This document shows, piece by piece, positions 45,053-58,684 of a DNA stretch of 64,000 nt. Below the pieces are notes generated by a model. That model did no database searches. It was given only the letters and a program-made list of their open reading frames with translations, and was not told the origin of the DNA. Numbering within the stretch: position 1 is the first letter of the stretch; the number at the start of each line of letters is the position of its first letter. The translations under genes were made by a program, and so were the position numbers. Source of the stretch: the human T2T-CHM13v2.0 reference genome, Homo sapiens; assembly GCF_009914755.1 (NCBI RefSeq), contig NC_060930.1; one strand, written 5' to 3'.

Positions 45053-45926
45053 TGTGAATTGTCCTCTTCATTCATACAATTTAACACACATTGAAGTATC
45101 AAATTTAAAAATGTTTATGATCCACAGTTTTCTCATATAAAAAAGTTTTGTAATTTGAAATAATTATGTTGTAAATGTCAAGGATGAATATTCCCGAAGT
45201 AGCACATTTGAGAGAAAGGAGGGAAACAATAACCTCAAAAAATATAATCTCACAGTAGAAATTTACAACTTGCCCTTATACAAAACTACTTCAGACATTC
45301 AGAACAGGAGGTGTTCCTATGGAGGGGAAGTAGTTTTCAGAATTAAAAATTAGCACCAGTAGACAGAAAATGTATGAGTAAAAAATTTGCATAAGCAAAT
45401 ACATAGCTGCTTTGAAATAGAGAAATCCAAGCATTTGGAATATACTGCCTCCAAAAAAAATCTAATCAATAATGAAACAAATAAATTACAAATTATATTA
45501 TTCAAAACCAGAGCATGTCAAAATACTTTATTACTTATTTAATATTTATAAATTTTAGGGGTTATTAAAAATATTTAGATTTTTGTTTTAAATTACTATT
45601 TTATCATAAATGTAATTGTTTTACTTGACAAGTTATAGGATATCAAATTAGAATAGATGATGAAGATGAATGTTGCAGAAAAGTATAACAATATCTACCT
45701 TGTATTCCTTTTGTTAATTAGGTAATAACTAGTACATTTTCATGGTTTGTTTTTAAAATCGTTTATTCCTTGTAATACACTAATGTCAAGGTTTGTTTCT
45801 GTTAAGTGTATAGATTAAAAAGATCCAATACAATAAAAGGTTAAAATTTAATTATGGTAACCACTGATTTCTGATCACAACTAGGATATATGTAAAATTT
45901 TCATTTCCTTTACAACATTAACTAAC

Positions 45927-46023
45927 CTTGGTATTTCATCTTGTTCCCACCGAAATAAAGTATCAGCAAGAGAATTTCCTGATAAATGATTCTTGCAGGA
46001 TCCAGTTGCATGCAATGTATTAC
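45927..46023 (-). CDS. REV3L: REV3L coding exon 5 (97 bp): SNTLHATGSCKNHLSGNSLADTLFRWEQDEIP
   Basis: ttcctAG|GTAATA and CCAAG|GTTAGT; embedded in ORF 45881..46063. Confidence 0.97.
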
Positions 46024-46092
46024 CTAGGAATAGAAAGGTAAAAGGAATAAATTCTACTTTCAATTTTCATATAATTACTTTTTAGAAGGTAA

Positions 46093-46367
<275 letters not shown>

Positions 46368-47756
46368 GGTAAATGTTCTTTAAAAAATTTTATTACTCAT
46401 AAATTACAGATCCCTTTTTATTGATACATAATATTTGTACATACTCATAGAGCCACATGTGGTATTTTCATACATGCATACAATCTGTAATGACAAAATC
46501 AAGGTACTTAGGATGCCATCAGCCCAAACATTATTCACCATTTGTGTCGAGAACATTTCAAATCTTCTCTTCTAGTTATTTTGAAATATATAATGTATTG
46601 TTGTTAACTACAGTCACTCCTGTATGCTATCAAACACTAGAACTTATTTCGTCTAATTGTATGTCTATATCCATTAACCAGCCTGTCTTCGTATCTTCCT
46701 GGAACCCTTCCCATACACCCTTCCCAGCCTCTAGTAACTACCTTTCTTCTTTTTATTTATTTTTTTGACATGACATCTTGCTATGTTGCCCAGACTGGAA
46801 TCAATCTCCTGGACTCAAGCAATCCTCCTGCCTCAGCCTCCCATGTAGCTGAGACTACAGGGGTGCATCACGACTCCTGGCTAAAGACGAACTTTTTTTA
46901 GTTCCCACATCAGTAAGAACATGTGATATTTGTCTTTCTAGGCCTGGCTTATTTCATTTAACATAATGATCTCAATTCTATCCATGTGGCTGCAAATGAC
47001 AGAATTTCATTTTCATAAAAAATATGGTAGAATATAATTCCATTGTGTATATATACCACATTTTCTTTATCCATTCATCCACTGATGTGCACTTAAGGTT
47101 GATTCCGCATCTTGGCTATTATAAACAGTGCTGCAATAAACATGGGGGTGTAGGTTATCTATCTTTGATATATTGAATTGATTTCCTTTCCTTTGGATAA
47201 ATACCCAGCAGTGGGATTGCTGTATCATATGGTAGTTCTAGTTTTTGGTTTTTGAGAAACCTCCATACTGTTTTGCATAATGGCTGTACTAATTTACATT
47301 CCCACCAACAGTGTATAAGAGTTTCCTTTTCCTTGCATCCTCACCAGCATTTGTTGGTGTCTTTTCCGTAACAGCCATTCTAACTGGGGTAAGATGATTG
47401 CTTACTGTGGTTTTGATTTGCATCTCCCTGATGATTAGTGATGTTGAACATTTAAAAAATATACCTGCCGGCCATTTGTATGTCTTCTTTTTTGAGAGGT
47501 GTCTATTCAGATACGAAACTATTTTTTTTCCTGTTGAGTTCCTTACATATTCTGGAGATTAGTCTCATTTCATGAATAGTTTGCAAATATTTTCTCTCAT
47601 TCTGTAGGCTGTCTCTTTACTCTGTTGATTGTTTCCTTTGCTGTGCAGAAGCTTTTACACAGTCCCTTTTGTCTATATGCTTTGGTTGCCTGTGCTTTTG
47701 AAGTCTTAGCCATAAAATTTTTTCCCAGACCAATGTCCCAGAGTATCTGTCCTACA

Positions 47757-48042
47757 ATTTTTTTTTTTTTTTTTGAGACAGGGTCTCACTGTCATCCAGG
47801 CTGGAGTGCAGTGTATGATTATGGCTCACTGCAGCCTTGAGCTTCCAGGCTCAAATGATCCTCCCATCTCAGCCTCCCAAGCTGCTGGGGCAACAGGCAT
47901 GCACCATCGTGACTGGCTAATTTGTAGAGATGGGCTTTGACTATCTTGCACAGGCTGGACTCAAATTTCTTGGCTCAAGTGATCCTCCCACCTCAGCCTC
48001 CCAAACTGTTGAGATTAGAAGAGTAAGCCACCATGCTCAGCC
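47757..48042 (-). mobile_element. AluJ-like within L1
   Basis: Antisense Alu dimer. Confidence 0.88.
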
Positions 48043-48177
48043 TATGTGTCTGTTTTTATACCAACACCATGCTGATTTGGTTACTAAAGCTTTGTAGTAT
48101 TATTTTGCTCAGCCTGTGTGTCCATTTTTATACCAACATCATGCTGATTTGGTTACTAAAGCTTTGTAGTATCGTTT
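48034..48177. repeat. 72-bp tandem duplication spanning an Alu/L1 junction
   Basis: tgctcagcct(a/g)tgtgtc...ttactaaagctttgtagtat x2. Confidence 0.9.
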
Positions 48178-49087
48178 TGACCTCAGGTAATATGATGTCT
48201 CCAACTGTTCTTTTTGCTCAGGATTGCTTTGGCTATTTAGGCTCTTTTGTAGTTCCACATGAAGTTTAGAATTTTTTTTTCTATTTCCATGAAGAATGTC
48301 ATTGGTATTTTGATATGAACTGCAATGAATCTTTAGATTTTATTGGAAAATATGGCCATTTTAACAATATTAATGTTTCTGATCCATGAACATGGGATGT
48401 CTCCCATTTGTCTATTTCCACTGTCTACTTCAGTTAATTTTATCAGTAATTTCTAGTTTTCCTCCTATACAACCTTTACTTCCTTGGTTAAATTTATTAC
48501 TATTCTTTTTGGTAGCCTTAATAAATGGGATTGTGTTCTTGTTTTCTTTTTCAGCTAGTTGTTATTGGTGCACAGAAATGCTATTAGTTTTTTGTGGGTT
48601 TTAAAAAAAAATCTGCAACTTTACTAAATTTATCAGTTCTAAGAGTTTTTTGTTGGAGTCTTCAGGTTTTGCCATATATATCATGTCACCTGTGAAAAAG
48701 GGACAATTTGACCTCTTTTTTCCCAATTTGGTGTCTTTTATTACCTGATTGCTATGGCTAGAATTTTCAGTACTATGTTGAACAGGAGTGGTAAAAATGG
48801 GCATCCTGTCTTCTTCTAGTTCTTAGAGGGCAGGTTTTCAGCTTTTCCCCATTCAGTAAGATGTTAAATGTGGGTTTTTCAGACATGATGTTCATTATTT
48901 GAGGTATGATCCTTCTATGATTAACTTATCAAGAGTTTTTACCATGAAGGGACATTGAATTTTATCAAATAACTTTTCTGTGTTAGCTGAGATGATCATA
49001 TGGTTTTTGTCCTTCATTCTGTTGATGTGATGTATCACATTTATTGATTTGTATATAATGAACAATCCTTGCACCCCTGAAATAAGT

Positions 49088-49377
49088 TTTTTTTTGAGAC
49101 AGGGTCTCACTCTGTCACCCAGGCTTGAGTACAGTGGCATGATCTTGGCTTACTGTAACCTCCGCCTCCTGGGCTCAAGCCATCCTCCTACCTAAGTCTC
49201 CCAAGTAGGTGGGACTACAGGTGCATGCCACCATACCCAGCTAATTTTTTTATTTTTTGTAGAGACAGGGTTTCACCATGTTGCCCAGGATGGTCTCAAA
49301 CTCCTGGGCTCAAGTGATCTACCCACTTCAGCCTTCCAAAGTTCTGGGATTACAGGCATGAGCCACTGTGCCTGGCC
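49088..49377 (-). mobile_element. AluJ-like within L1
   Basis: Antisense Alu dimer. Confidence 0.9.
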
Positions 49378-50685
49378 CTAGGATAAATTTCACTTGATCA
49401 TGGTGTATTTTTTTTTTTTTATGTTTTGTTGGATTCGATTTGTTAGTATTTTGTTGAGGATTTTTGTGTCTATGTTCATCAGTGATGCTGACCTGTAGTT
49501 TTCTTTTTTTGTTGTGTCCTGTCTGATTTTGGTATCAGGATAATGCTGGCTTCATAGAATGAGTTAGGAAGAATTTCCCCCTCTTCAAATTTCTAGACTA
49601 GTTTGAGAAGAATTGGTGTTAGTTTTTCTTTCTAAGTATGGCAGGATTCAGCAGTAAAGCCATCCAGACCTGGGCTTTTCTTTATTGGGAGACCTTTAAA
49701 TTACAGATTCAATCTTGTTACTTGTGATTCGTCTGCTCAGGTTTTCTTTTCTAAAAATTTAAAATAGAGACAAGGTCTCACTGTTGCCCAGGCTGGTCTT
49801 GACCTCCTGAGCTCAAGCCTTCCTCCCATCTTGACCTTCCAAAATGCTAGGATTGCAGGTGTGAGCCACTGTGCCTGGCCAGGTTTCCTATTTCTTCCTG
49901 GTTCAATCTTGGTATGCTGTAATGCGTCCAAAAATGTACACATTCCCTCTAGGTTTCCCAACTTGTTCACATATAGTTGTTCATGATAGTCTCTGATGAT
50001 CCTCTCTATTTGTTATATAAATTGTAATGTCTCCTTTTTCATGTCTAATTTTATGTATGTCTTCTTTTTTCTTGGTTAGTCTAGCTAGCGATTTATTGAT
50101 CTTTTCAAAGCACCAGTTTTTCATTTCTCTGATCTTTTGTATTTTTTTTTTTAGTCTCTATTTTGTTTAGTTCTACTCTGATCTTTATTATTTCTTTTCT
50201 TCTTCTAATTTTGGCTTTGTTCTTGCTTTTCTAGTTTCTTAAAGTACATCATTACATTGTTTATTTGAAATCTTTTTTTTGATATAGGCACCTATTGCTA
50301 TAAACTTACCTCTTAGTACTGTTTTTGCTGTATCTCATAGGTTTTGGTATGTTGTGTTTCCATTTTCATTGGTTTCAAGAAATTTTTAAATTTCCTTCTT
50401 AATTTCTTCATTGATCCAATAAAGGTTCAGGAGCATTTTGTTTAATTTCCATGTATTGGTACAGTTTCCAAAGTTTCTCTTTTTATTGATTTCTAGTTTT
50501 ATTCCATAGTGGTCAGAAAAGACACTTAATATGATTTCAATTTTCTAAAATTTGTTAAGACTTGTTTTGTGGCCTAACGTATGATCTTTCCTGGAGAATG
50601 TTCCACATGCAGATGAGGAGAATGTGTATTCTGCAACTACTGGATAAAATGTTCTGTAAATGTCTGTTAGGTCCATTTGGTCTAA

Positions 50686-50975
<290 letters not shown>

Positions 50976-51025
50976 TAAAGTAAAGTTTAAATCCAATGTT
51001 TCTTTTTTGATTTTCTGTCTAGATT

Positions 51026-51127
51026 ATCTGCCTAATGCTGAGAGTGGGGTGTTGAAGTCCCCAGCTATCACTGTATTGTATTGGCTAGTTGGGGACTTCA
51101 ACACCCCACTCTCAGCATTGGACAGAT
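51026..51127. repeat. Inverted repeat, 42-bp arms (3 mismatches), 18-nt spacer
   Basis: Perfect 30-bp core aatgctgagagtggggtgttgaagtcccca / tggggacttcaacaccccactctcagcatt. Confidence 0.95.
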
Positions 51128-51965
51128 GCTAAGAATCAAATCTAATAACATTTGCTTTCAATCTAATAATATTTGCTTTATATATGTGGGTGCTCTGGTG
51201 TTGGGTGCATACATATTGAGAACTGTTACATCTTTTCAGCACTCTACATGTTCAGAGAAACTTCTCTAGTAGCAAACTATAGGAATGTTCCCTTTAAGTA
51301 AAATAATATATAACTTATGTGACTAGTTACTAAAATTGTATCCTAAAAATTCATATACAGCAAGAAATACATACTCAGTTGAAAAATGAGGATGTTAAAA
51401 AAATATAAAATGCTTCTGTGGTGCTCAAAACATTTGCTCCATTTATTCCTCTTTTACCCATGTGGGGGGAAAAAAAGAAAAAAGAAAAAAAAAATTGTCC
51501 CATTTACATACTTTATACACTTCATTTTAACAACTACAGTAATTAGCATCATTTCCATTTCATTTGACCACTGATTATACAACTGAGTGCTGAGGCAAAA
51601 CTGTATATGCACATATAATATTCAAATTTCTAAATCATTTTCATTTTTGAATGTATTTTACTTTCAAAAGTAAAACTCCATTAACATGTATTATATTAAT
51701 TTATCAGGTAAAATGAAGTTATGCATACATGTAATACATATATTTACTTACAAGAAGTTTACTGTCAAGTTAAACTGTAATGTGCCTGAGATAACATGAT
51801 AAAATAAAATAAAAAAAATTATTCACTGATTTTGTACATGATTTCAGTATAATCTTTTATCTCATACTAAACAAAAACAAAAACCTGAGGGCTAACTATA
51901 TGATAAAAGAAGATGTAAATTTTTTTATCATACTGCAATTTCCCTGTTTTTAACTTCCTTTCTAC

Positions 51966-52036
51966 CAAAACTAATTGTGATTTTTGCCATTGAAAGTAAC
52001 AGCAAAAGCTGCAATTACTTTTGCAACAACCTAATA
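51966..52036. mobile_element. MADE1 (mariner-derived MITE), left end eroded
   Basis: taattgtgatttttgccattgaaagtaacagcaaaagctgcaattacttttgcaacaacctaata matches the palindromic MADE1 consensus. Confidence 0.85.
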
Positions 52037-52329
52037 AATTTCACATGATGCCTTCAAATCTGTAAACACTTCCGATATTCTGAAAAAAACCCTTCTGAGT
52101 ACCATTCCAATAATCTAACTTTTATAAATAAAATAAATGGTTTCTGTATATTTGCTAATTCAAACTATTCTTGTGCTTTTTCACCTACTGGAAAAAACTA
52201 ATTATGAAAATTATCTCCTCTTTCTATAATATCTAATGTATATACTCTAGAAACTCTTCCATTCCTCAATCTGTCTTAAATTCTTGGTTATACTTGACAA
52301 TGATAACTAACTTATTATTTTCCCCAGTA

Positions 52330-54240
52330 ACCTTTTTATTTTTTAATAACTTTAGATTTACAGAAAAGTTCCAAGTTCCAAGGGTACCACAGAGAGTTTC
52401 CATATACCAGACACCTGGTTTCCCTCATTGTTATCATATTATCATGGTATATCTGTCAAAACAAAGAAACTGACACTGGAAGATTACTATTAACTAAACA
52501 AAACCTTTTATTTGAATGTCACCAGTTTTTCCACTAATGTCCTCTTTCTGTTCCAGGATCCAATCTAGGACACCACACTGCATTCAGTTGCCATGTCTTT
52601 CCAGTCTCCTCTGGTCTATTTATCTGTCTTTCCTTGCTTTTCATGACCTTTGCAGTCATGAGAACTGATGAGATAACCTGTAGGACAACTCCCAATTTGG
52701 GTTTGTCTGATGTTTTTCTCATGAGTAGACTGGGGTTACGAGTTTTTGGCAAGAATATCACACAGGCGAAGTACCTTTGTTATCACATCACATGAGGGGC
52801 CACATGACACCCACATGACATAATAACTGGTGACATTAAACCTCATCACTTGGTTAAGGTACATCACGTGGTTATAGAGTTTGATGAATGAATAGTCATG
52901 TAACCACCAACCCAGGACTGTACAGAATAATTCCTTCACTCTTAAAAAGTTCCCCTGTACATCCCCTTTGCAGTCAATACTTCCCTCTCTCCTAAACCCT
53001 AACAACTAATAGTCCATTTTCTACTTCTATAGTTTTGCCTTTTCCAGAATGTCATGTGAATGAAGTCACACAGTTTGTATCCTTTTCGGTCTGGCTTCTT
53101 TCACTTAGTAAAATGCTTTAAAGATTCATCCATGTTATATGAATCAATTGTTTGTTCCTTTTTATCACTAAATGTTATCAAAGTTTATCCATTCCCCTGT
53201 TGAGTGGACATCTCGTTTGCTTTACATTTTTGGCAGTTATGAATAAAGTTGCTATAAACATTTGCATACAGGTTTGGGTGGACCTAAATCACTTAGGTAA
53301 ACATACCTAGGAGTGCCATCACTGGGTCGCACTCTAAGTCTATGTTTAGTGTTCTGAGAAACTATCTGTCTTCCAAAGTGACTATATTATTTTGCATTCC
53401 CACCAGCAAAGAATGTCAGCGCTGCTGTTCCACCTCTTGGTCAACATTTGTTATTGTTAGTCTTGCGAATTGTAGTCATTCTAATAGGTATATAGTGGTA
53501 GCCCTTTGTAGTTTTAATCTGTATTTCCCTAACGACATATAATGTTGAATATCATCTTTTCATGTGTTTGCCATCCTTATATCTTCTTTAGGTCTTTTGA
53601 CCATTTTTAATTGGACTGTTTGCTTTCTTATTGTTGATTTTTAAGAATTCTTATATATTTTATACACAAGTCCTCTATCAGATTGTAATTTGCAAACATT
53701 TTCTCCCAGTCCATGACTTGTCTTTTCATTTTTTAACAGTTTTTCACAAAGTAAAAGTTTTTAATTTTGACAAAATCTAACATTAATTTCTCTTTTCATG
53801 GATCATGCTTTTGGTGTCATATCTAAAACTTCATTGCCAAACCCAAGACTGGGTACATTTTCCCTTATTTTCTGCTAGAAGTTTGATAGGTTCATATTTT
53901 ACATTTAAGTTTGTGAAGTATTTTAATTATTATTTAAGGTGTGAAGTATGTGACGTATAAGGTGTGAAGAACATACAAAAATATGTTCTTTTATTTTTAT
54001 TTTCTGGCATATGGACATCCAATTATCCCAGCACTATTTGTTGAAAAGGCTATGCTTTCTCCATTGAATTACCATTATATCTTTGTCAAAGTTAAGTTGA
54101 CTATATGGGCCAATTATGGATTATTTCAAATATAGGTCTATTTCTGGACTCTATTCTGTTCCATTGGTATATGTGTTTATCTTTTTGCCAATACCATGCT
54201 GTCTTGATAACTGTTGCTTTATAGTAAGTCTCGAAAGTGG
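52330..54240 (-). mobile_element. L1MB/L1MC-like 3' fragments
   Basis: tttagatttacagaaaagtt; ttttgcctttttccagaatgtcat-like and ccagcactatttgttgaaaagg motifs. Confidence 0.78.
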
Positions 54241-54882
54241 GTAATGAACTCCCTAAACCTCAACTTTTGGAAGTCTCCATACTTTAAAAAAGGATTATCT
54301 CCTGGACATGAAATAATACAACCTTCACAAAGATGGGAGACATTGGTGGACAGTTGTCTCTGTCCTGCTTTTCTTCTATCTTCCCTCTTCCTTCCTTTCC
54401 TTTCAGTCATTATGGAGAAAAAGCCAAGCCTACTTCATCCTTCATTATATGATTCCCTCTTGGGAATTCTAAGGACCAAGGGCAAGTTATTTGCTCACAT
54501 ACTTTGGTTTACTGTGGGAATTTTATACTACTCTAAGATACAGAGAAGATAAGAAAAACTGGCATTTAGTAAACTATAAGTTGTCATCTAAACCTGAGGT
54601 TATTATCCAGAAGAATTAGTTATGAACAAATGAATTACTCTGCTCTAAAAGGGAGGCACATGCTAGTTTCAATGCTTCAATATTTGTGTATTTAAAATAA
54701 AAATGTAATTTTAACAAGTTGTCACCACAAAACATTCTCTTCTGAAAAAAAGTTTAAATGCATAAGTTGTTCCACATAAAATTACTAGCATGCTGGAGAG
54801 ACAAAACAAATAAAACTATTAGTGAATATAACATGACATTAGAGCATTGCATATAGCATCATTATTTGATAAAGATTCTGGA

Positions 54883-55196
54883 GGCCAGGCATGGTGGCTC
54901 ATGCCTGTAATCCCAGCACTTTGGGAGGCTGAGGTGGGTGGATCGCTTAAGCCTAGGAGTTCTGAGACCAGCCTGAGCAACATGGCGAAACCCTATCTCT
55001 ACAAAAAAAATACCCAAATTAGCTAGGTGCGGTGGCATGCACCTGTAGTCCCAGTTACTTGGGAGACTGAGGTGGGAGGATGGCTTGAGCCCAGGAGGTG
55101 GAGGTTGCAGTGAGCCATGTTCACACTATTGCACTCCAGTCTGGTGACAGCAAAACCCTGTCTTACAAAGAAAAAAATAATAAAAAATAAAAATAA
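54883..55196 (+). mobile_element. AluJ-like
   Basis: Sense Alu dimer with A-rich tail. Confidence 0.92.
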
Positions 55197-55944
55197 TATC
55201 CTCTAGGGAGGATTTGCACTTGCTGCTTCTGTCAGATCTGAGTCTATTACTAGACCAGCACCACCTTAGATCAAGCTCTGGATTTGGGAATCTCTTTTAG
55301 TCCCAGGAGATTCAAACTATACTGAAAAAAAAATGTCTGAAGTATGTTCCATTTCCCAGTCTGTGCTCACCTTAAGAGAATATGCATTTGAGGCCCTACC
55401 TTAACCTGCGGAGGGCTCCCACCTGCTGGGCAGGACCCACTTCTGCTTTTCATCTCTCTCACCCAGCATGGCCTTCCCAAAGAAGGTTCTTAATTTTCCA
55501 AGATTAGTAAATGCCCTCAGGTCAAAAGTTGCTTTAAGCGTTCTATTCCCTTTTGGCCTGCACTTCTTTATTGTTCATAAACTCTTCAATGTATTTAAAT
55601 TTTTTTATTTCAATGTTGCCTGGCCCTTAAATTGTTTTTAGCAGAAGGGCTGATCCCACTAACCTAGCCCACTATTCACGGCAACAAAAAGAAACCCTCC
55701 CTGGTGACTTTTCAGAGCATAGTTTGGGTATGGTAGAAGAAATGCGAGGAGTTAAACCAAAAGTGAACTAAGAGACAAAAAATGCTAACCTCTGCTTCAA
55801 GAAGGTTGACAGTGATGGAAAAGAAAAAAAATTATGGCAGTTAGAAAGGATATTAGGACTGGAAGTGTCAGTTTCATTTTAAGAGAAGTAGAAGGGAAGG
55901 AATTCAATGAGAAGAAAAGGCAAAAGATGCTAAAACACTTGACA

Positions 55945-58340
55945 CAGAAATTCTACTCCCAGGTAGGTGTCCAAGAGAAATGAAAATATATAGCTACACA
56001 AAAATTCATAAATGGATGTTCACAGCAGCATTGTTCATAATAGCCAAAATATCCATTAACTGGGATAGGAATAAATAAAATGTAGTGTATTCACATAACA
56101 GAGTATTATTTGGCCATAAAAAGAAACGAAGTACTGATATAAGCTACAACACTGATGAACCGTGAAAACATTATGCTAAGTAGGAAAAAACCCCACATAT
56201 TATATGATTCCACTTACATTAAATGTGCAGTATGGGCAAATATACAGAGACCAAAAGTAGATTAGTAAGGTTGCTCAGGAGTGGGAAACATGGGAAGCTT
56301 GGGGGTGACTGCTACAGGTCATAGGATTTCTTTCGGAGGTGATGAAAATGTTCTGAATTTGTGGTGATGGTTGCATAACTCCAAATACAGGAATACCCCA
56401 TTAAATTGTGCTTTGCTTTATTGCATTTTGCAGATATTAAAATTTTTACATATTGAACATTTGTGGCAACTCTGCATTGAGCAAATCTATTGGTGCCATT
56501 TTTACAAGAGCATGTGTTCATTTTGTGTCTCTCTGTCACATTTTGGTTCCTCTTGCAATATTTCAAACCTGTGAACAGTGATCTCTGATGTTACTATTGT
56601 TAATTGTTTTCAGGTACCACAATAAACCGTGCCCATAAAAGACAGCAAACTTGAGTGTGTTCCAACTGCTCCACTGACTGGCCATTCCCGTTTCTTTCTT
56701 TCCTAGCACCTTCCTATTCCCTGAGACACTACGATATTGAAATTAGGCAAATTAGTAACCCTACAATGGCCTCTAAATGTTCAAATGAAAGGAAGAGTCA
56801 CATGTCTCTCACTTTAAATCAAAAACTAAAAATGATTAAGCTTACCAAGGAAGGCATGTCAGAAGCCAAAATAAGCCAAAAGCTAGGTCTCTTGTGCCAG
56901 TTAGCCAAGTAGTGAATGCAAAGGAAAAGTTCTTGAAGGAAATTAACAGTGCTACTCCAATGGAACACACAAACGATGAGAAAGTGAAATAGCCTTACTG
57001 CAGATAGGTGAAACAGCAGGGGCTGATGTAGAAGCTGCAGCAAGTTCTCTGGAAGACCTAGCTAAGATAACTGATGAAGGTGGATACACTAAATAACAGA
57101 TTTGCAATGTAGATGAAAACAACCTGAGAGCAGTCAATGCCTGATTTCAAAGCTTCAAAGGACTCTCTTGGTAGGGTTATTTAATGCTGCTGGTAACTTG
57201 AAGTTGAAGCCAATGCTCATTTGCCATTCTGAAAATCCTAGGGCCCTTAAGAATTATGCTAAATCTACTCTGCCTGTGTTCTATAAGTGGATCAAAAAAG
57301 CATGGATGACAGTATAACAGTTGCAGCATGGTTGACTGAATATTTTAAGCCCATTTTTGAGAACTACTGCTCAGAAAAAAGATTCCTTTCAAACTATTTC
57401 TGCTCACTAACAATGCACCTGGTCACCCAACAGGTCTGATGGAGATGTACAAGACGACTAATGTTGGTTCCCTGCCTGCTAACACAACATCCGTTCTGCA
57501 GCCCATGGGTCAAAGAGTAATTTCAACTTTCAAGTCTTATTATTTAAGAAGTGCATTTCATAAGGCTATAGCTGTCACTGACAGTGATTCCACTGATGGA
57601 TCTGGGCAAAATATATTGAAAACCTTCCAGAAAGGATTCACCATTCAAGATGCTCTAGGCTGCTCTGGTCTGTAACTTTCCATTCCAACAGTAAAAAATC
57701 TGGGATCTCCTACTTTTCACCTCAGAAAGCTACAAATGTAAAAGGAAAAATAAATTTGTTTTGAGAGGAAATCACTTATTCAAATAGCCATGTTATTCTG
57801 TTTTGTTCATAATATCAACGGCTCTATAAATAAAGAACTTTAAAGAAATAGCAAATTCACCCAGAGAAAGCTCTGCCTGCAATATTTTTCAGGTCATGTC
57901 ACACAAAGAAAAATAACAATGCTTGCACAGCCCACTGAGATAAAATGGACAAGGATGTTCAGTGGTGGAGGTGATGGCTCAAGGGACTTAGGAATCCGTC
58001 TGGAATGCTGAGAGACCAACACGTCCACTAACCTACAGCTATTCACACCATCAGGGAAGTGCTGGACTAAAGTAACAAGGCTCTAACAACTCCAGGGATT
58101 TCTAGAATTGTGTATCATATACTATTCCTAAAATATAAAAAGTAACATTAAGGTCTGAGGTTAAAAAAAAAAAAGAATCACAATACATATCAATTGCTAA
58201 GCAGTGTAAAGGGTTCACTTTTGCAGTGGTCTAGAACTAAACCCACAATACCTTTTAGGTAGCCTGTATACTAAAAACCATCAAACTGTCCTCTTTAAAC
58301 GGATATAAATTATAACTCAATAAAGCTGTTACCAAAAAAA
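55945..58340 (+). mobile_element. L1MB-like 3' end (55945-56387, resuming 58267-58340) split by Tigger1
   Basis: ...gatggttgcataactccaaaTA [Tigger1] TAtactaaaaaccatcaaactgt...ctcaataaagctgtt is contiguous L1 3'UTR once the transposon is removed. Confidence 0.8.
56388..58266 (+). mobile_element. Tigger1 (Tc1/mariner-pogo) DNA transposon, internally deleted, decayed transposase
   Basis: TA|CAGG...CCTG|TA termini; MASKCSNERKSHMSLTLNQKLKMIKL and LPANTTSVLQPMGQRVISTFKSYYLR are Tigger1 transposase remnants. Confidence 0.93.
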
Positions 58341-58523
58341 ATTTTTTCTGAGATGCTTTTCCTGACAATCTCTAATCCCACTTTGCATGTATTTCTTTTC
58401 ATTCTTTAGTCACTCAACATTTATTTTCTAAATATATATTATTTTATAAATCACTGACTATATAACACTTGTTTCAAAACTTTAATTTGACAAAAATTTA
58501 ATTTGACTGAAAATTAACCTTAC

Positions 58524-58684
58524 TTTTCCTTCTTGCTTTTCGGAACTTGACAGCAGCCAGATTTATTAAATTCATGCCATAAAGATTGTAGTCAATGAAG
58601 AGCTGTAGGAGGTAGGGAATATGCGCTTCATGAGGCTGGTAAAATTTATTCATTATGGCTCCGCTTTGCAAAAGTTCACATATC
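58524..58684 (-). CDS. REV3L: REV3L coding exon 4 (161 bp), N-terminal domain: ICELLQSGAIMNKFYQPHEAHIPYLLQLFIDYNLYGMNLINLAAVKFRKARRK
   Basis: Acceptor ...tctaatttAG|GATATG and donor AAAA|GTAAGG; conserved B-family HEAHIPYLLQLFIDYNLYGM motif; not in the ORF track because it is short. Confidence 0.97.

Noticed and set aside
51966-52036. miR-548-type precursor from MADE1
   Set aside because: The left arm is eroded and mismatched; no support beyond family resemblance.
56655-57675. Possible domesticated TIGD-like transposase
   Set aside because: Stops, frameshifts and large deletions leave only short remnants.
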